NCBI GenBank assembly: GCA_040081265.1
Contig: JBEBGV010000003.1
Coordinates: 73,781-137,780, forward strand
Origin: Vicinamibacterales bacterium
Lineage (GTDB): Bacteria; Acidobacteriota; Vicinamibacteria; Vicinamibacterales; UBA2999
Length of the DNA stretch: 64,000 nucleotides
Direction: 5' to 3'
Below are positions 32,500 to 44,215 of the stretch, one piece after another (within the stretch, counting starts at the first letter, position 1; every line of letters starts with the position of its first letter). The notes beneath the pieces were generated by a model. It had not been told where the DNA came from. It saw nothing but the letters and a program-made list of their open reading frames with translations, and searched no databases. Both the position numbers and the translations under genes were made by a program.

Positions 32500-34890
32500 G
32501 TGACCCCGAATCCGGCCCTTCGTGCTGCTCTTCGTGCCCCTCACGCGTTCTCGCTGGCGGCTCTCTTCTTCGCGGCTATGACTCCGGGAGTCATGGCACA
32601 GGACACCACCGGCACCGGCGCCATTGCGGGGCGGGTGACCACGGCCGGGGCGCCCGTGCCCCTCGTCACTGTCTGCGTGGTCGACTCCATCCGCTGCGTG
32701 ATCAGTGGTGAGGATGGCGGGTTCAGGATCGGCGATGTCCGTGCGGGTGATTACCGTCTCGAGATCACGCCGCCAGGCCTGCCGCCGCAGGTGACGATGC
32801 CCATCGACGTGCATGCGGGTCTGACCCGGCAGGTCGATATCGACTTGCCGCGTGTGGATGCTGTGACCGAGTCGGTGGTCGTCACAGGGGCGTCGCTCGA
32901 GGCGCCAATTGAAGCCAAGACGTCTGCATTTCTCATCAGCGCGGCAACGGTCTTCCGAAGCGCGGGTGCCCTGCAGGACGTCTCGCGCTACGTGCAGTCG
33001 CTTCCTGGCGTCGTCGTGGGCTCGAGCGACTTTCGCAACGACATCATCGTGCGCGGCGGCAGCCCGCTCGAGAACCTGTTCATCGTCGACAACGTCGAGG
33101 TGCCCAACATCAACTCCTTCGCCAATTTTGCGTCTGCGGGGGGCACTGTCAGCCTTCTGGATTCGAGCGTCATCCGGGACGTGACGTTCCTGACGGGCGG
33201 ATACCCCGCCTCGTATGTGAACCGGGCGTCGAGCGTGCTGCAGGTGGCGCAGCGCGAGGGAGATCGCGAACGTGTGCGCGGTCGGGCGACGGTGGGGTTC
33301 GCCGGCTCAGGCGGAGTGCTCGAAGGCCCGCTGCGTGACGGGCGGGGTTCATGGATTGTCTCCGCACGCCGCAGCTTCCTCGACTTCTTCACCGACGACA
33401 TCGGCTTTGGCGGAGTGCCGGTGCTGTACAGCATCAACGCCAAGGCTGTCCTGGATGCTGGCGAACGCGACCGACTCTGGGTCGTGAACCTGTCCGGGAT
33501 CGATCGCATTCGCCTCGGACGAACGGCCGACAGCGAGCCGGATGAAGAAGTGTTCAACCTGGACATTCGCTATCGTGGTCGCAGGAGCGCCACCGGATTC
33601 AACTGGCAGCATGTCTACGACAAGGGTGTCGCACTCCTTGGCGTGACGCACTCGTACGCCTCGGTCGGGTCAACGGTCAAAGATCTGGTGAGGACCGGGG
33701 TACCGCCCCAGGGCATCGACGTTGACGAGCTGATTGCGAACAGCCCGACCGTGTATTTCGAGGACTCGCGAGAGGACGAAACAACCTTCAAGTACGATTT
33801 CTCGCGGACGATCAACAGGGTTGGTTCGCTGCAGACCGGCGCGACCTACAAGGTGTTCAGGCTGCGCTATCGCGTTGACTCGCCGTTTGGCGCCGACAGC
33901 CCGTATTTTCCGAAAGGGGACGCCAACCCCATCGCGTTGCGCCTCGGTGACACGACCCCGCAGACCGGCGCGTATGCGCAGGTGACATCCACCCCGGCGC
34001 GCCGACTGGAAACGACCGTCGGCATTCGCGCCGATCGTTTCAGCTATCTCGACCGGACGACGCTGAGTCCGCGCGTGTCGGCGCGACTCACGCTGAGTGC
34101 GAAGCTTGCTGCGACAGGGGCATTCGGCACGTACGCGCAGCAGCCGCCTTTCCTCTTTGTCGCGGCCTTCCCGTCCAACCGCACGCTTCGGCCCCTGCGT
34201 GCGACTCACTGGGTGAGCGGGCTCAGCTATTCGCCCGTCGCTGGCGCACGTCTCGGCGTCGAGGTCTACCGCAAGATCTACAGCGACTACCCGGTGTCCC
34301 GCGATGTGCCCTCGCTGTCGCTGGCCAACATTGGCGACACCTTCAATGTGCGCGAGGTGCTGTTCCCGCTGGAGAGCCGCGGTCGTGGTGTGGCGTATGG
34401 GGTGGAGTTCTCGGCAGAGCGCCTGGACACCGGAACCTGGTGGGGGCAGGGCAATCTCGCCTTTGCCCGCGCCAGGCACGCCGGTGCCGATGGCGTACTC
34501 CGCAACGGGTCGTTCGACTATCCGGTGGTCCTGAACCTCACCGCAGGCCGGCGCCTTGGAGCCCGATGGGAAGTCGCAGGCCGCGCGACCGTTCTCGGTG
34601 GACGTCCCTATACGCCGTTTGACGCCGTGTTGTCGGGTGCACAGAGGCGGGGCGTCTACGACCTGGCACGGATCAACGCCGTGAGAGCACCGGCCTACGG
34701 CCGCATCGATGTGCGGGTCGATCGCCGGATCGCCTACGCGCGCTCGGAGTTGCTGCTGTTTGTCGGGATTCAGAACGTGACCAACCGCCGCAATTTCGGA
34801 GGCACGACCTGGAACCGTCAAGCCAACAGCGAGGAAGCGAACGAACAGCTCGGAATCTTTCCGCTGGTGGGCCTCGAATGGCGCTTCTGA
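32500..34890 (+). CDS. TonB-dependent-receptor-like outer-membrane protein with N-terminal CarboxypepD_reg domain
   Basis: Start set at the in-frame GTG at 32500 (signal ...LAALFFAAMTPGVMAQ). The longer ORF overlaps asd. Contains GAIAGRVTTAG...GGFRIGDVRAGDYRLEI (CarboxypepD_reg), a plug-like DVSRYVQSLPGVV...IIVRGG, and a C-terminal ...GLEWRF. Confidence 0.85.
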   Translation: MTPNPALRAALRAPHAFSLAALFFAAMTPGVMAQDTTGTGAIAGRVTTAGAPVPLVTVCVVDSIRCVISGEDGGFRIGDVRAGDYRLEITPPGLPPQVTMPIDVHAGLTRQVDIDLPRVDAVTESVVVTGASLEAPIEAKTSAFLISAATVFRSAGALQDVSRYVQSLPGVVVGSSDFRNDIIVRGGSPLENLFIVDNVEVPNINSFANFASAGGTVSLLDSSVIRDVTFLTGGYPASYVNRASSVLQVAQREGDRERVRGRATVGFAGSGGVLEGPLRDGRGSWIVSARRSFLDFFTDDIGFGGVPVLYSINAKAVLDAGERDRLWVVNLSGIDRIRLGRTADSEPDEEVFNLDIRYRGRRSATGFNWQHVYDKGVALLGVTHSYASVGSTVKDLVRTGVPPQGIDVDELIANSPTVYFEDSREDETTFKYDFSRTINRVGSLQTGATYKVFRLRYRVDSPFGADSPYFPKGDANPIALRLGDTTPQTGAYAQVTSTPARRLETTVGIRADRFSYLDRTTLSPRVSARLTLSAKLAATGAFGTYAQQPPFLFVAAFPSNRTLRPLRATHWVSGLSYSPVAGARLGVEVYRKIYSDYPVSRDVPSLSLANIGDTFNVREVLFPLESRGRGVAYGVEFSAERLDTGTWWGQGNLAFARARHAGADGVLRNGSFDYPVVLNLTAGRRLGARWEVAGRATVLGGRPYTPFDAVLSGAQRRGVYDLARINAVRAPAYGRIDVRVDRRIAYARSELLLFVGIQNVTNRRNFGGTTWNRQANSEEANEQLGIFPLVGLEWRF

Positions 34891-36359
34891 GCGAGCCGGC
34901 CTGGCGGATTCGCGCCATCCACGACCGTCCTCCCCACGCCGCGGGCGCGTTCGTTCTCTACTGGATGATCGGTGCCAGGCGGCCAACGTGGAACCTTGCG
35001 CTGGACCGGGCGATCGACTGGGCGGACGAACTCAGCAAGCCCCTCGTGGTCCTCGAAGCGCTCAGGTGCGACTACCAATGGGCCAGCGACCGGTTTCATC
35101 AGTTCGTGATCGACGGGATGCGCGCCAACGCTGCCGCGTTCGCAGATGCCGGAATCGACTACTACCCCTACCTCGAGCCAGCCCCGCGCGCGGGGCGAGG
35201 CCTCCTGCAGGCACTGGCCGACGCGGCTGCCGTCGTGGTGACTGACCGCACGCCCGTGTTCGATCTGGCCGGACTGGTCGAGGCGGCCGCGCGTCACATC
35301 CGGGTGCGTTTCGAGGAGGTCGATGGCTACGGAATCGTGCCGCTCGACGCGCCGGCGAGCGTGTTCCCGACGGCGTATGCCTTCAGGCGCTATCTGCAAC
35401 GATCCCTGCGCGAGTTTCTGCCGGTGAAGCCGCGCGCCACGCTCACTCGTACCCGCGACCGTCGGTTGACGATGCCCCTGACGGCAACCATCAAGGAGCG
35501 CTGGCCGTCTGCGCGCCTCGAGGAATCAGAGTGGCCAACGGCGCTGGCTGCCCTGCCTGTCGATCACAGCGTCGGCATTGCTCCGCAGGCAGGCGGACAC
35601 GCCGCCGCTGGCCGTGCGCTCGACGTATTCATGGCAGACCGGCTGCGCGCCTACGACGAGCGATCGCACCCGGATGCCGACGTGTCCTCGGGCCTTTCGC
35701 CCTATCTGCACTTCGGGCACATCTCTGCGCACGAGGTGCTGCACCGGGTCCTCGGTGCCGATGAGTGGACACCTGAAAGGCTGGGACAAGCCACCAATGG
35801 CAGCCGCGAAGGGTGGTGGGGTGTGTCCGCTCAGGCCGAGGGTTTCCTCGATCAGCTCGTCACATGGCGCGAGCTGGGTGGAAACGCCACGCGTCGTGAT
35901 GACTACACCACCTACCAGGCGCTGCCTGCCTGGGCCAGGGCCACGCTCGAAAAGCATGCCGCCGATGAACGGCCGCATACCTATTCTCTTGATCAGTTTG
36001 CGCGCGCCGACACCCACGACCCGCTGTGGAATGCAGCGCAGCGGGAGCTGGCGCTCGAGGGACGCCTGCACAATTACATGCGGATGCTGTGGGGAAAGAA
36101 GATCCTCGAGTGGACTCACACCCCGCGCGAGGCGCTCGAGGTGATGGTCGAGTTGAACAACCGATATGCGCTCGACGGACGCGACCCGAATTCCTATAGC
36201 GGCATCTTCTGGGTGCTCGGCCGCTATGATCGGCCGTGGGGCCCCGAGCGCCAGATCTACGGCACGGTGAGGTACATGACTTCCGAGAGCGCCGCACGCA
36301 AGCTGAAACTCAAGGAATACCTGCGCCGCTGGGACGGCGCCGGACGCAGGCTCTTCTGA
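34878..36359 (+). CDS. phr: Deoxyribodipyrimidine photolyase, class II
   Basis: 493 aa. LHNYMRMLWGKKILEWT, NSYSGIFWVLGRYDRPWGPERQIYGTVRYM and KLKLKEYLRRW are class II CPD photolyase signatures. The gene overlaps the OMP stop by 13 nt. Confidence 0.9.
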   Translation: MALLSEPAWRIRAIHDRPPHAAGAFVLYWMIGARRPTWNLALDRAIDWADELSKPLVVLEALRCDYQWASDRFHQFVIDGMRANAAAFADAGIDYYPYLEPAPRAGRGLLQALADAAAVVVTDRTPVFDLAGLVEAAARHIRVRFEEVDGYGIVPLDAPASVFPTAYAFRRYLQRSLREFLPVKPRATLTRTRDRRLTMPLTATIKERWPSARLEESEWPTALAALPVDHSVGIAPQAGGHAAAGRALDVFMADRLRAYDERSHPDADVSSGLSPYLHFGHISAHEVLHRVLGADEWTPERLGQATNGSREGWWGVSAQAEGFLDQLVTWRELGGNATRRDDYTTYQALPAWARATLEKHAADERPHTYSLDQFARADTHDPLWNAAQRELALEGRLHNYMRMLWGKKILEWTHTPREALEVMVELNNRYALDGRDPNSYSGIFWVLGRYDRPWGPERQIYGTVRYMTSESAARKLKLKEYLRRWDGAGRRLF

Positions 36360-36361
36360 CC

Positions 36362-36610
36362 GTGACCTTCCGTTATCGTCCCGATATCGTCGAGGCGTTG
36401 CTGAGCCACGGCGTCAGGCCGTTGCCCACCACCCCGCCGGCACTCGTGCACGAGTTCATCAGCGACCTCTACCGGTTCGAGCTGAGGCGGCTTCGAGATC
36501 GTCTCGTCAACGGCGAGATCCCGAAGGAGGGCTACTACGACCGGGTCGTCGAGCTTCGCCGCAAATACCCGCTGGTCTCGCTGAAGCCTCAGTTCTGGAC
36601 TGAGGGCTGA
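36362..36610 (+). CDS. Small hypothetical protein downstream of the photolyase
   Basis: A GTG at 36362, 2 nt after the phr stop (VTFRYRPDIVEALLSHGVRPLPTTPPALVHEFISDLYRFELRRLRDRL...). No family recognised. Confidence 0.45.
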   Translation: MTFRYRPDIVEALLSHGVRPLPTTPPALVHEFISDLYRFELRRLRDRLVNGEIPKEGYYDRVVELRRKYPLVSLKPQFWTEG

Positions 36611-36637
36611 GACACTGACGACCGGTATCATGGAGCC

Positions 36638-37792
36638 ATGTCGATGACCGGCGCGGTGCCATCCAAGCTGCCGACCACGGGCGTGAGCATCTTCACGACG
36701 ATGTCGAGACTGTCTGAGGAGCATGGCGCCATCAACTTGTCCCAGGGGTTTCCCGACTTCGACTGTGCGCCCGAGCTCGTCGAGACGGTCACACGCTACC
36801 TGCACCGCGGCCTGAATCAGTACGCGCCGATGCCGGGCGTCATGGCATTGCGCGAGGCCATCGCCGACAAGATCTTCACGTTGTACGGCCGACGCTGGAA
36901 TCCCTCGACTGAGGTGCTGGTCACCGCAGGCGCCACCGAGGCCTTGTTCAGCACCCTGACCGCGCTCATTCACGCCGGGGACGAGGTGATCGTCTTCGAG
37001 CCGGCCTATGACTCGTATCTCCCGACAATCCGCCTGAGCGGGGGAGTGCCGCGTGTCATCACGCTGCGCGAGCCCGACTACCGGATTGACTGGGATGCCG
37101 TGCGGGCTGCCATCACGCCAAGAACCCGTCTGATTCTGATCAACTCGCCACACAACCCGACAGGTACCGTGCTGTCGCCGGACGACGTGGCACAACTGGG
37201 GCAGATCGTTCAGAACTCAGCGGCGGTGGTTGTCTCTGATGAGGTCTACGAGCACATCGTGTTCGACGGCGGTCGCCATGAGAGCCTGTCACGGGATCCG
37301 GCGCTGGCGGAGCGCGCGGTGGTCATCAGCTCGTTCGGGAAGACGTACCACACGACGGGTTGGAAGGTGGGCTATGCGACCGGACCGGCGCATCTCATCG
37401 CCGAGGTCCAGCGCGTGCATCAGTTCGTGACCTTCGCCGTGAACACGCCAATCCAGCACGCGTATGCCGAAGTGGTGCGTCAGGATCCATCCTGCGGCGC
37501 CCTGGCGCCTTTCTACCAGGGAAAGCGCGACCGCTTCCTGAGCCTGCTTGGGGGCTCCCGGTTCAAGCCCCTGCCGTGTCGCGGCACGTACTTCCTGCTG
37601 CTCGACTACCGCGCCATCTCGGACCAGAATGATGAGCCGTTTGCCCTCGAACTCATCCGCAGCCACGGTGTGGCTGCCATCCCGCTGTCGCCGTTCATGA
37701 ACGGGGCGACGGTGGGCGGGGTATTGCGCTTCTGTTTCGCCAAACGCGACGACACCCTGCAGCAAGCCGCCGAGAGGCTGGCTGGCGTCTAA
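36638..37792 (+). CDS. Class I/II PLP aminotransferase (YbdL/methionine-aminotransferase-like)
   Basis: 384 aa. INLSQGFPDF, LINSPHNPTG and SSFGKTYHTTGWKVGY (PLP lysine). Confidence 0.9.
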   Translation: MSMTGAVPSKLPTTGVSIFTTMSRLSEEHGAINLSQGFPDFDCAPELVETVTRYLHRGLNQYAPMPGVMALREAIADKIFTLYGRRWNPSTEVLVTAGATEALFSTLTALIHAGDEVIVFEPAYDSYLPTIRLSGGVPRVITLREPDYRIDWDAVRAAITPRTRLILINSPHNPTGTVLSPDDVAQLGQIVQNSAAVVVSDEVYEHIVFDGGRHESLSRDPALAERAVVISSFGKTYHTTGWKVGYATGPAHLIAEVQRVHQFVTFAVNTPIQHAYAEVVRQDPSCGALAPFYQGKRDRFLSLLGGSRFKPLPCRGTYFLLLDYRAISDQNDEPFALELIRSHGVAAIPLSPFMNGATVGGVLRFCFAKRDDTLQQAAERLAGV

Positions 37793-37797
37793 GCGAC

Positions 37798-38568
37798 ATG
37801 CGGATCCTGGTCCTGGGGTGGGTGCTTGCAGCCGGGGTGATGCTGCACAGTCAGGCCGCGCTCGACCAGCGGCCGCTGCCAGACACGGACGCCTTCTACG
37901 AGGCCGTCCGGCAGAACATGGTCAGGGCCGACCGCGAGCAGAACCGCTACGCCTACAAGGAGCGCCGCACCGATATTCACACCAACCCGTTTGGTCGTAT
38001 TGGTACCGGGGGTACGCGGGTCATCGAAGTCATTCCCGCCGCCGACGGCCTCACCGCCTCGAGGCGCGTCATCGAGCGCGACAACGTGCCGGTCAGCGAC
38101 AGCCCGGCCGAGAAGATCACACTGTCACAGCGCCGCGGGCAGAACAGTTCCCGCAATGTCGAGGACATCACCCAGACGCTGACCTTCGCGATCGCCCGCC
38201 GCGAGATGGTGGACGGCCGTCCCTTCATCGTCATCGACTTCGAGCCCCGCCCCGGCGCAAAGCCGAGCACGCGGCAAGGGCGACTCGCACGGGCGTTCAA
38301 GGGCAGCATGTGGGTGAACGAGGACGCGCACGAGATTGAACGCGTTGAAGCGACCGCCGTGCAGGACCTGTCGTTTGGTCTGGGTCTGGTGGCGCGCCTG
38401 CGCAAGGGGGCCACGGTGAGCGCGGAGAGGAAGCCTGTGGAGGGCGGACTCTGGATGCCGACCTCGGTCAGGTTGAACGGGGCCGGTCGGGCGATTCTGT
38501 TTCGAAAGCTTGATATCGACTACGCGCTCGACTGGTTCGACTACCGGCTGGTGGTGCCGGCGCGCTGA
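37798..38568 (+). CDS. Secreted hypothetical protein
   Basis: 256 aa with a signal peptide (VLGWVLAAGVMLHSQA). No family recognised with confidence. Confidence 0.7.
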   Translation: MRILVLGWVLAAGVMLHSQAALDQRPLPDTDAFYEAVRQNMVRADREQNRYAYKERRTDIHTNPFGRIGTGGTRVIEVIPAADGLTASRRVIERDNVPVSDSPAEKITLSQRRGQNSSRNVEDITQTLTFAIARREMVDGRPFIVIDFEPRPGAKPSTRQGRLARAFKGSMWVNEDAHEIERVEATAVQDLSFGLGLVARLRKGATVSAERKPVEGGLWMPTSVRLNGAGRAILFRKLDIDYALDWFDYRLVVPAR

Positions 38569-38583
38569 CGCGCGCCGACATCC

Positions 38584-39258
38584 TCACTCCTGATCGTCGC
38601 CCTCGTCGATGTTGCCGTCGTCGATGTCGACATCGGTGACGGCGGTCTCGTCCGGCAGCGTCGTCGCGATATCGTCCCCATCCGGCGCGTTGGCATCGTC
38701 GAGATCATCGACCGCATAGATGCGCCCGCCCGATCGTTCCTTGATCGGCCCGCGTACCTTGTGTTCACCCTGTTGCTTCTTGGCGCCGCGCAGGCGGCGT
38801 GGGGGAGCAGGAGGGCCGAAGTTGGCGCTGCGATCGCGTCCACCAGGACCTGCGCCGCCGGGGCCGCCGGGACGTGGGCCACCGAAGCCGCCGCCCGATC
38901 CCCCCGGACGAGGGCTGCTGTAACCGCCGCCGCCACCGCCACTGAAGCCGCCAGGACCTCCCGGCCGGGGTGCGTAGCCGCTGCCAGGCGGCCGTGCCGG
39001 CGGTCGATCCTCCCGGGCACGCGCCTCGCTGACGGCGAGGCTCCGGCCCATGAACGGCTGGGCGTCGAACCGCTTGACGACCTCTTCGCCCACGGACCGT
39101 TCGGCGAACTCGACGAATGCGAATCCGCGCGGTCGCCCGGTCTCACGATCGACCGGCATGACCACATGTGAAGGTTCTCCGACGGGAGCGAAGTGACTGC
39201 GGAGGTCTGCCTCTGTCGCGCCGTAGGGCAGGTTTCCGATGAACAGACGAACTGACAA
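38584..39258 (-). CDS. RRM-type RNA-binding protein with Gly/Arg/Pro-rich and acidic C-terminal extensions
   Basis: 224 aa. RLFIGNLPY (RNP2) and RGFAFVEF (RNP1), then GGGGGYSSPRPGGSGGGFGGPRPGG, then a DDLDDANAPDGDD...DIDDGNIDEGDDQE tail. Confidence 0.85.
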   Translation of the reverse strand: MSVRLFIGNLPYGATEADLRSHFAPVGEPSHVVMPVDRETGRPRGFAFVEFAERSVGEEVVKRFDAQPFMGRSLAVSEARAREDRPPARPPGSGYAPRPGGPGGFSGGGGGGYSSPRPGGSGGGFGGPRPGGPGGAGPGGRDRSANFGPPAPPRRLRGAKKQQGEHKVRGPIKERSGGRIYAVDDLDDANAPDGDDIATTLPDETAVTDVDIDDGNIDEGDDQE

Positions 39259-39301
39259 GTGTTCCCTCTAAGCTAGGACTGCTCGTGGAAGATACAAGCG
39301 T

Positions 39302-40183
39302 TCAAATTCTATCCCAGAAGCGACTGACGGCGGTGGCATCGAGTTCCTCTTCCCGGTCTGTCAATCCAGCCAGGGCGGCGGCCCGACCGAGGACGCGGTC
39401 TGCCGTCATGCCGGCCCGGCGAAGCTCGCGGATGCCGGTCACGCCATCGGACTTGCTCAGCTTTTCGCCCCGGTGGTTGACGATCAGGGGGTGGTGGGCG
39501 AAGACCGGCATGGCAGTCCGCCCGAGCAGTCGGGCCAGACGCAGCTGCCGACCCGTCGAATCGAGAAGGTCCGCCCCTCGGATGACCAGGTTTACCCCCT
39601 GCGTCAGGTCGTCTACCGTGACGGCGAACTGGTAGGTCCAGTGCCCATCGCGGTCGAGCACCAGGAGGTCGCCGCACTGCGCCGCGGGGCTCTGTTGCTG
39701 TCGGCCCAGCAGCAGATCGTCGAACGCTTCGCTCCCGGGTGTCATCTCGACGCGGAGGCCGCTGGTGTCGCCCGCGGTGGCCGCCCTGCTGCGACAGGTC
39801 CCGGGGTAGGGACCTGCGCCGATGTCGCGCCGCGAGCAGTCGCACCGATACACGTGCGCAGTGGTCGCGAGGGTGGCGAGTGCAGTTTCGTAGACATGGG
39901 CGCGGTCGCGCTGTCGCAGGACAGGATGCCGCCCCTCGTCAGGAACGAATCCGAGCCAGTCCAGGTCCTCGAGCACGGCGTCCTCGTACTCCTGGCGGCA
40001 GCGGATCCGGTCGTGGTCTTCGATGCGCAGGATGACGCGTGCGCCGAGCGCGCGCGCGATGCCCCAGACGTAGAGGGCGTTGACCACGTGTCCCAGGTGA
40101 AGGTAACCGGTGGGTGAGGGGGCAAAACGCGTCACGAGCGGCGCACCGCCGGGGAGCATGCCGGTAAGATCCAAGTGACGCAT
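39302..40183 (-). CDS. gluQ: Glutamyl-Q tRNA(Asp) synthetase
   Basis: 293 aa. TRFAPSPTGYLHLGHVVNALY...ILRIEDHD, a truncated GluRS catalytic domain, and KLSKSD. Confidence 0.9.
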   Translation of the reverse strand: MRHLDLTGMLPGGAPLVTRFAPSPTGYLHLGHVVNALYVWGIARALGARVILRIEDHDRIRCRQEYEDAVLEDLDWLGFVPDEGRHPVLRQRDRAHVYETALATLATTAHVYRCDCSRRDIGAGPYPGTCRSRAATAGDTSGLRVEMTPGSEAFDDLLLGRQQQSPAAQCGDLLVLDRDGHWTYQFAVTVDDLTQGVNLVIRGADLLDSTGRQLRLARLLGRTAMPVFAHHPLIVNHRGEKLSKSDGVTGIRELRRAGMTADRVLGRAAALAGLTDREEELDATAVSRFWDRI

Positions 40184-40213
40184 GACGTGTTCTGATCGTA
40201 TCGGAGTTGGTGC

Positions 40214-40918
40214 ATGGTGCCCTGGCTGAGCGCCAAGGATCCGTTTCCGCCTGTCGAACGGGCGCTGGCCGAACCGAACGGTCTACTCGCCGCCGGTGGC
40301 GATCTGTCGAGTGGGCGCCTCCTCGATGCGTACGCGCACGGGATCTTCCCGTGGTTCAACGAGCATGATCCGGTGCTGTGGTGGAGTCCCGATCCCCGGA
40401 TGGTGCTGTTTGTCAACGAACTGCGCGTGTCGCGTTCGCTGCGCAAGGTTCTTCGTTCGGGGAAGTTCACGGTCACCCTGGATGAGGCGTTTGAATCCGT
40501 GATGCAGGGCTGTGCGGCGCCACGCTCGCAGCAGGACGGCACGTGGATCACCGACGACATGCTCGACGCCTACACGGACCTGGCGGCGGGCGGGTTTGCC
40601 CACTCCGTGGAAGTCTGGGCCGACGGCGCACTGGCAGGCGGACTGTACGGCGTCGCGCTCGGCCGGATGTTCTTCGGCGAATCCATGTTCACGCGGGTGA
40701 CCGATGCGTCGAAGGTGGCGTTCACCCTGCTGGTGCGCCAGCTGCAGCGCTGGAATTTCGAGGTGATCGACTGCCAGATGGCGACCGCCCACCTGGCGTC
40801 GCTGGGGGCCAGGGAGATACGGCGCCCCGAATTTCAGGGCCTGGTTCAGCGTCTTGTCCGCGAGCCAGCTGTGCCGCCACCGTGGCGAATTGACGCCGAC
40901 CTCCTTGAAACCGCCTGA
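40214..40918 (+). CDS. aat: Leucyl/phenylalanyl-tRNA--protein transferase
   Basis: 234 aa. PFPPVERALAEPNGLLAAGGDLS...AYAHGIFPWF...WWSPDPRMVL. Confidence 0.92.
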   Translation: MVPWLSAKDPFPPVERALAEPNGLLAAGGDLSSGRLLDAYAHGIFPWFNEHDPVLWWSPDPRMVLFVNELRVSRSLRKVLRSGKFTVTLDEAFESVMQGCAAPRSQQDGTWITDDMLDAYTDLAAGGFAHSVEVWADGALAGGLYGVALGRMFFGESMFTRVTDASKVAFTLLVRQLQRWNFEVIDCQMATAHLASLGAREIRRPEFQGLVQRLVREPAVPPPWRIDADLLETA

Positions 40919-40932
40919 GTACAATTGACGTC

Positions 40933-41261
40933 ATGGGCGATCCCTCGACTCGAGAGCAGACGCGCACCGAGGCGCGCCCTCAGGCGGAGTTGCAGCGTCC
41001 TAGGATGTGGAAGGTGCTGCTGCACAACGACGACTACACCACCCAGGAGTTTGTGGTGTGGGTCCTCGAGACGGTGTTTCGCAAGCCGCGCGGCGAGGCG
41101 TATTCGATCATGATGAACGTGCACCGCTCGGGTCTGGGTCTGGCGGGTGTCTACACCCATGACGTCGCCTCGACCAAGATCACCTCGACCAAGCAGCTCG
41201 CCGAACAGCACGAGTATCCGCTGCTTGTCACCATGGAACCCGAAGAGGAGGGAGACCGAGG

Positions 41262-41265
<4 letters not shown>
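40933..41265 (+). CDS. clpS: ATP-dependent Clp protease adaptor ClpS
   Basis: 110 aa. PRMWKVLLHNDDYTTQEFVVWVLETVFRK. Confidence 0.93.
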
Positions 41266-43501
<2,236 letters not shown>

Positions 43502-43505
<4 letters not shown>

Positions 43506-44149
43506 ACCGCGACGTGCCACTGCCTGATCTCCGGCGGGACTATGAGGGCGCTCCGCTCGACGAGGGGACCGCAGACGCGGATCCCTTCCGCCAGTTCGAG
43601 CGCTGGTTCGACGAGGCCCGCGAGCAGGAACTCGACCCCACCGCAATGGCGCTGTCGACGGTGGACGGAGCAGGCCACCCCGCGGTGCGGATGGTGCTGC
43701 TCAAAGGGCTCGACGCCAGGGGATTTGTCTTCTTCACCAACTACGAGAGTCGCAAGGGACGCGAGCTGGCTGGGAACCCTCGCGCCAGCATCCTGTTCTA
43801 CTGGGCTTCACTCCATCGGCAGGTGCGTATCGAGGGGGTGACCGAGCGCGTCGCCGCCGCCGAATCGGACGCCTACTTTGCGTCGCGCCCTCCCGAAAGC
43901 CGCCTGGCCGCGCTGGCGTCGCCTCAGAGCCAGATTCTCGACAGTCGGCGAGCCCTCGACGAGAGATATGCCCGTGCGCTCGAGCGCTTTCCAGGCGCCC
44001 AGATGCCGCGTCCCCAGTTCTGGGGCGGATACCGCCTGATCCCGGACACCATCGAGTTCTGGCAGGGACGACCCAGCCGACTTCACGATCGGCTGCGGTA
44101 CCAGCGCGAATCCGACGGCTTATGGGCCCGGGTGCGTCTCGCGCCCTGA
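43502..44149 (+). CDS. pdxH: Pyridoxamine 5'-phosphate oxidase
   Basis: 215 aa. TTG start overlapping the clpA stop. MVLLKGLDARGFVFFTNYESRKG...IEFWQGRPSRLHDR. Confidence 0.93.
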
Positions 44150-44215
44150 CACAGCTTCTGCTACAGTCTGCTCCACGACGCACGTCACGCGCGTCGTTCC
44201 GGATACCCGGTCACG

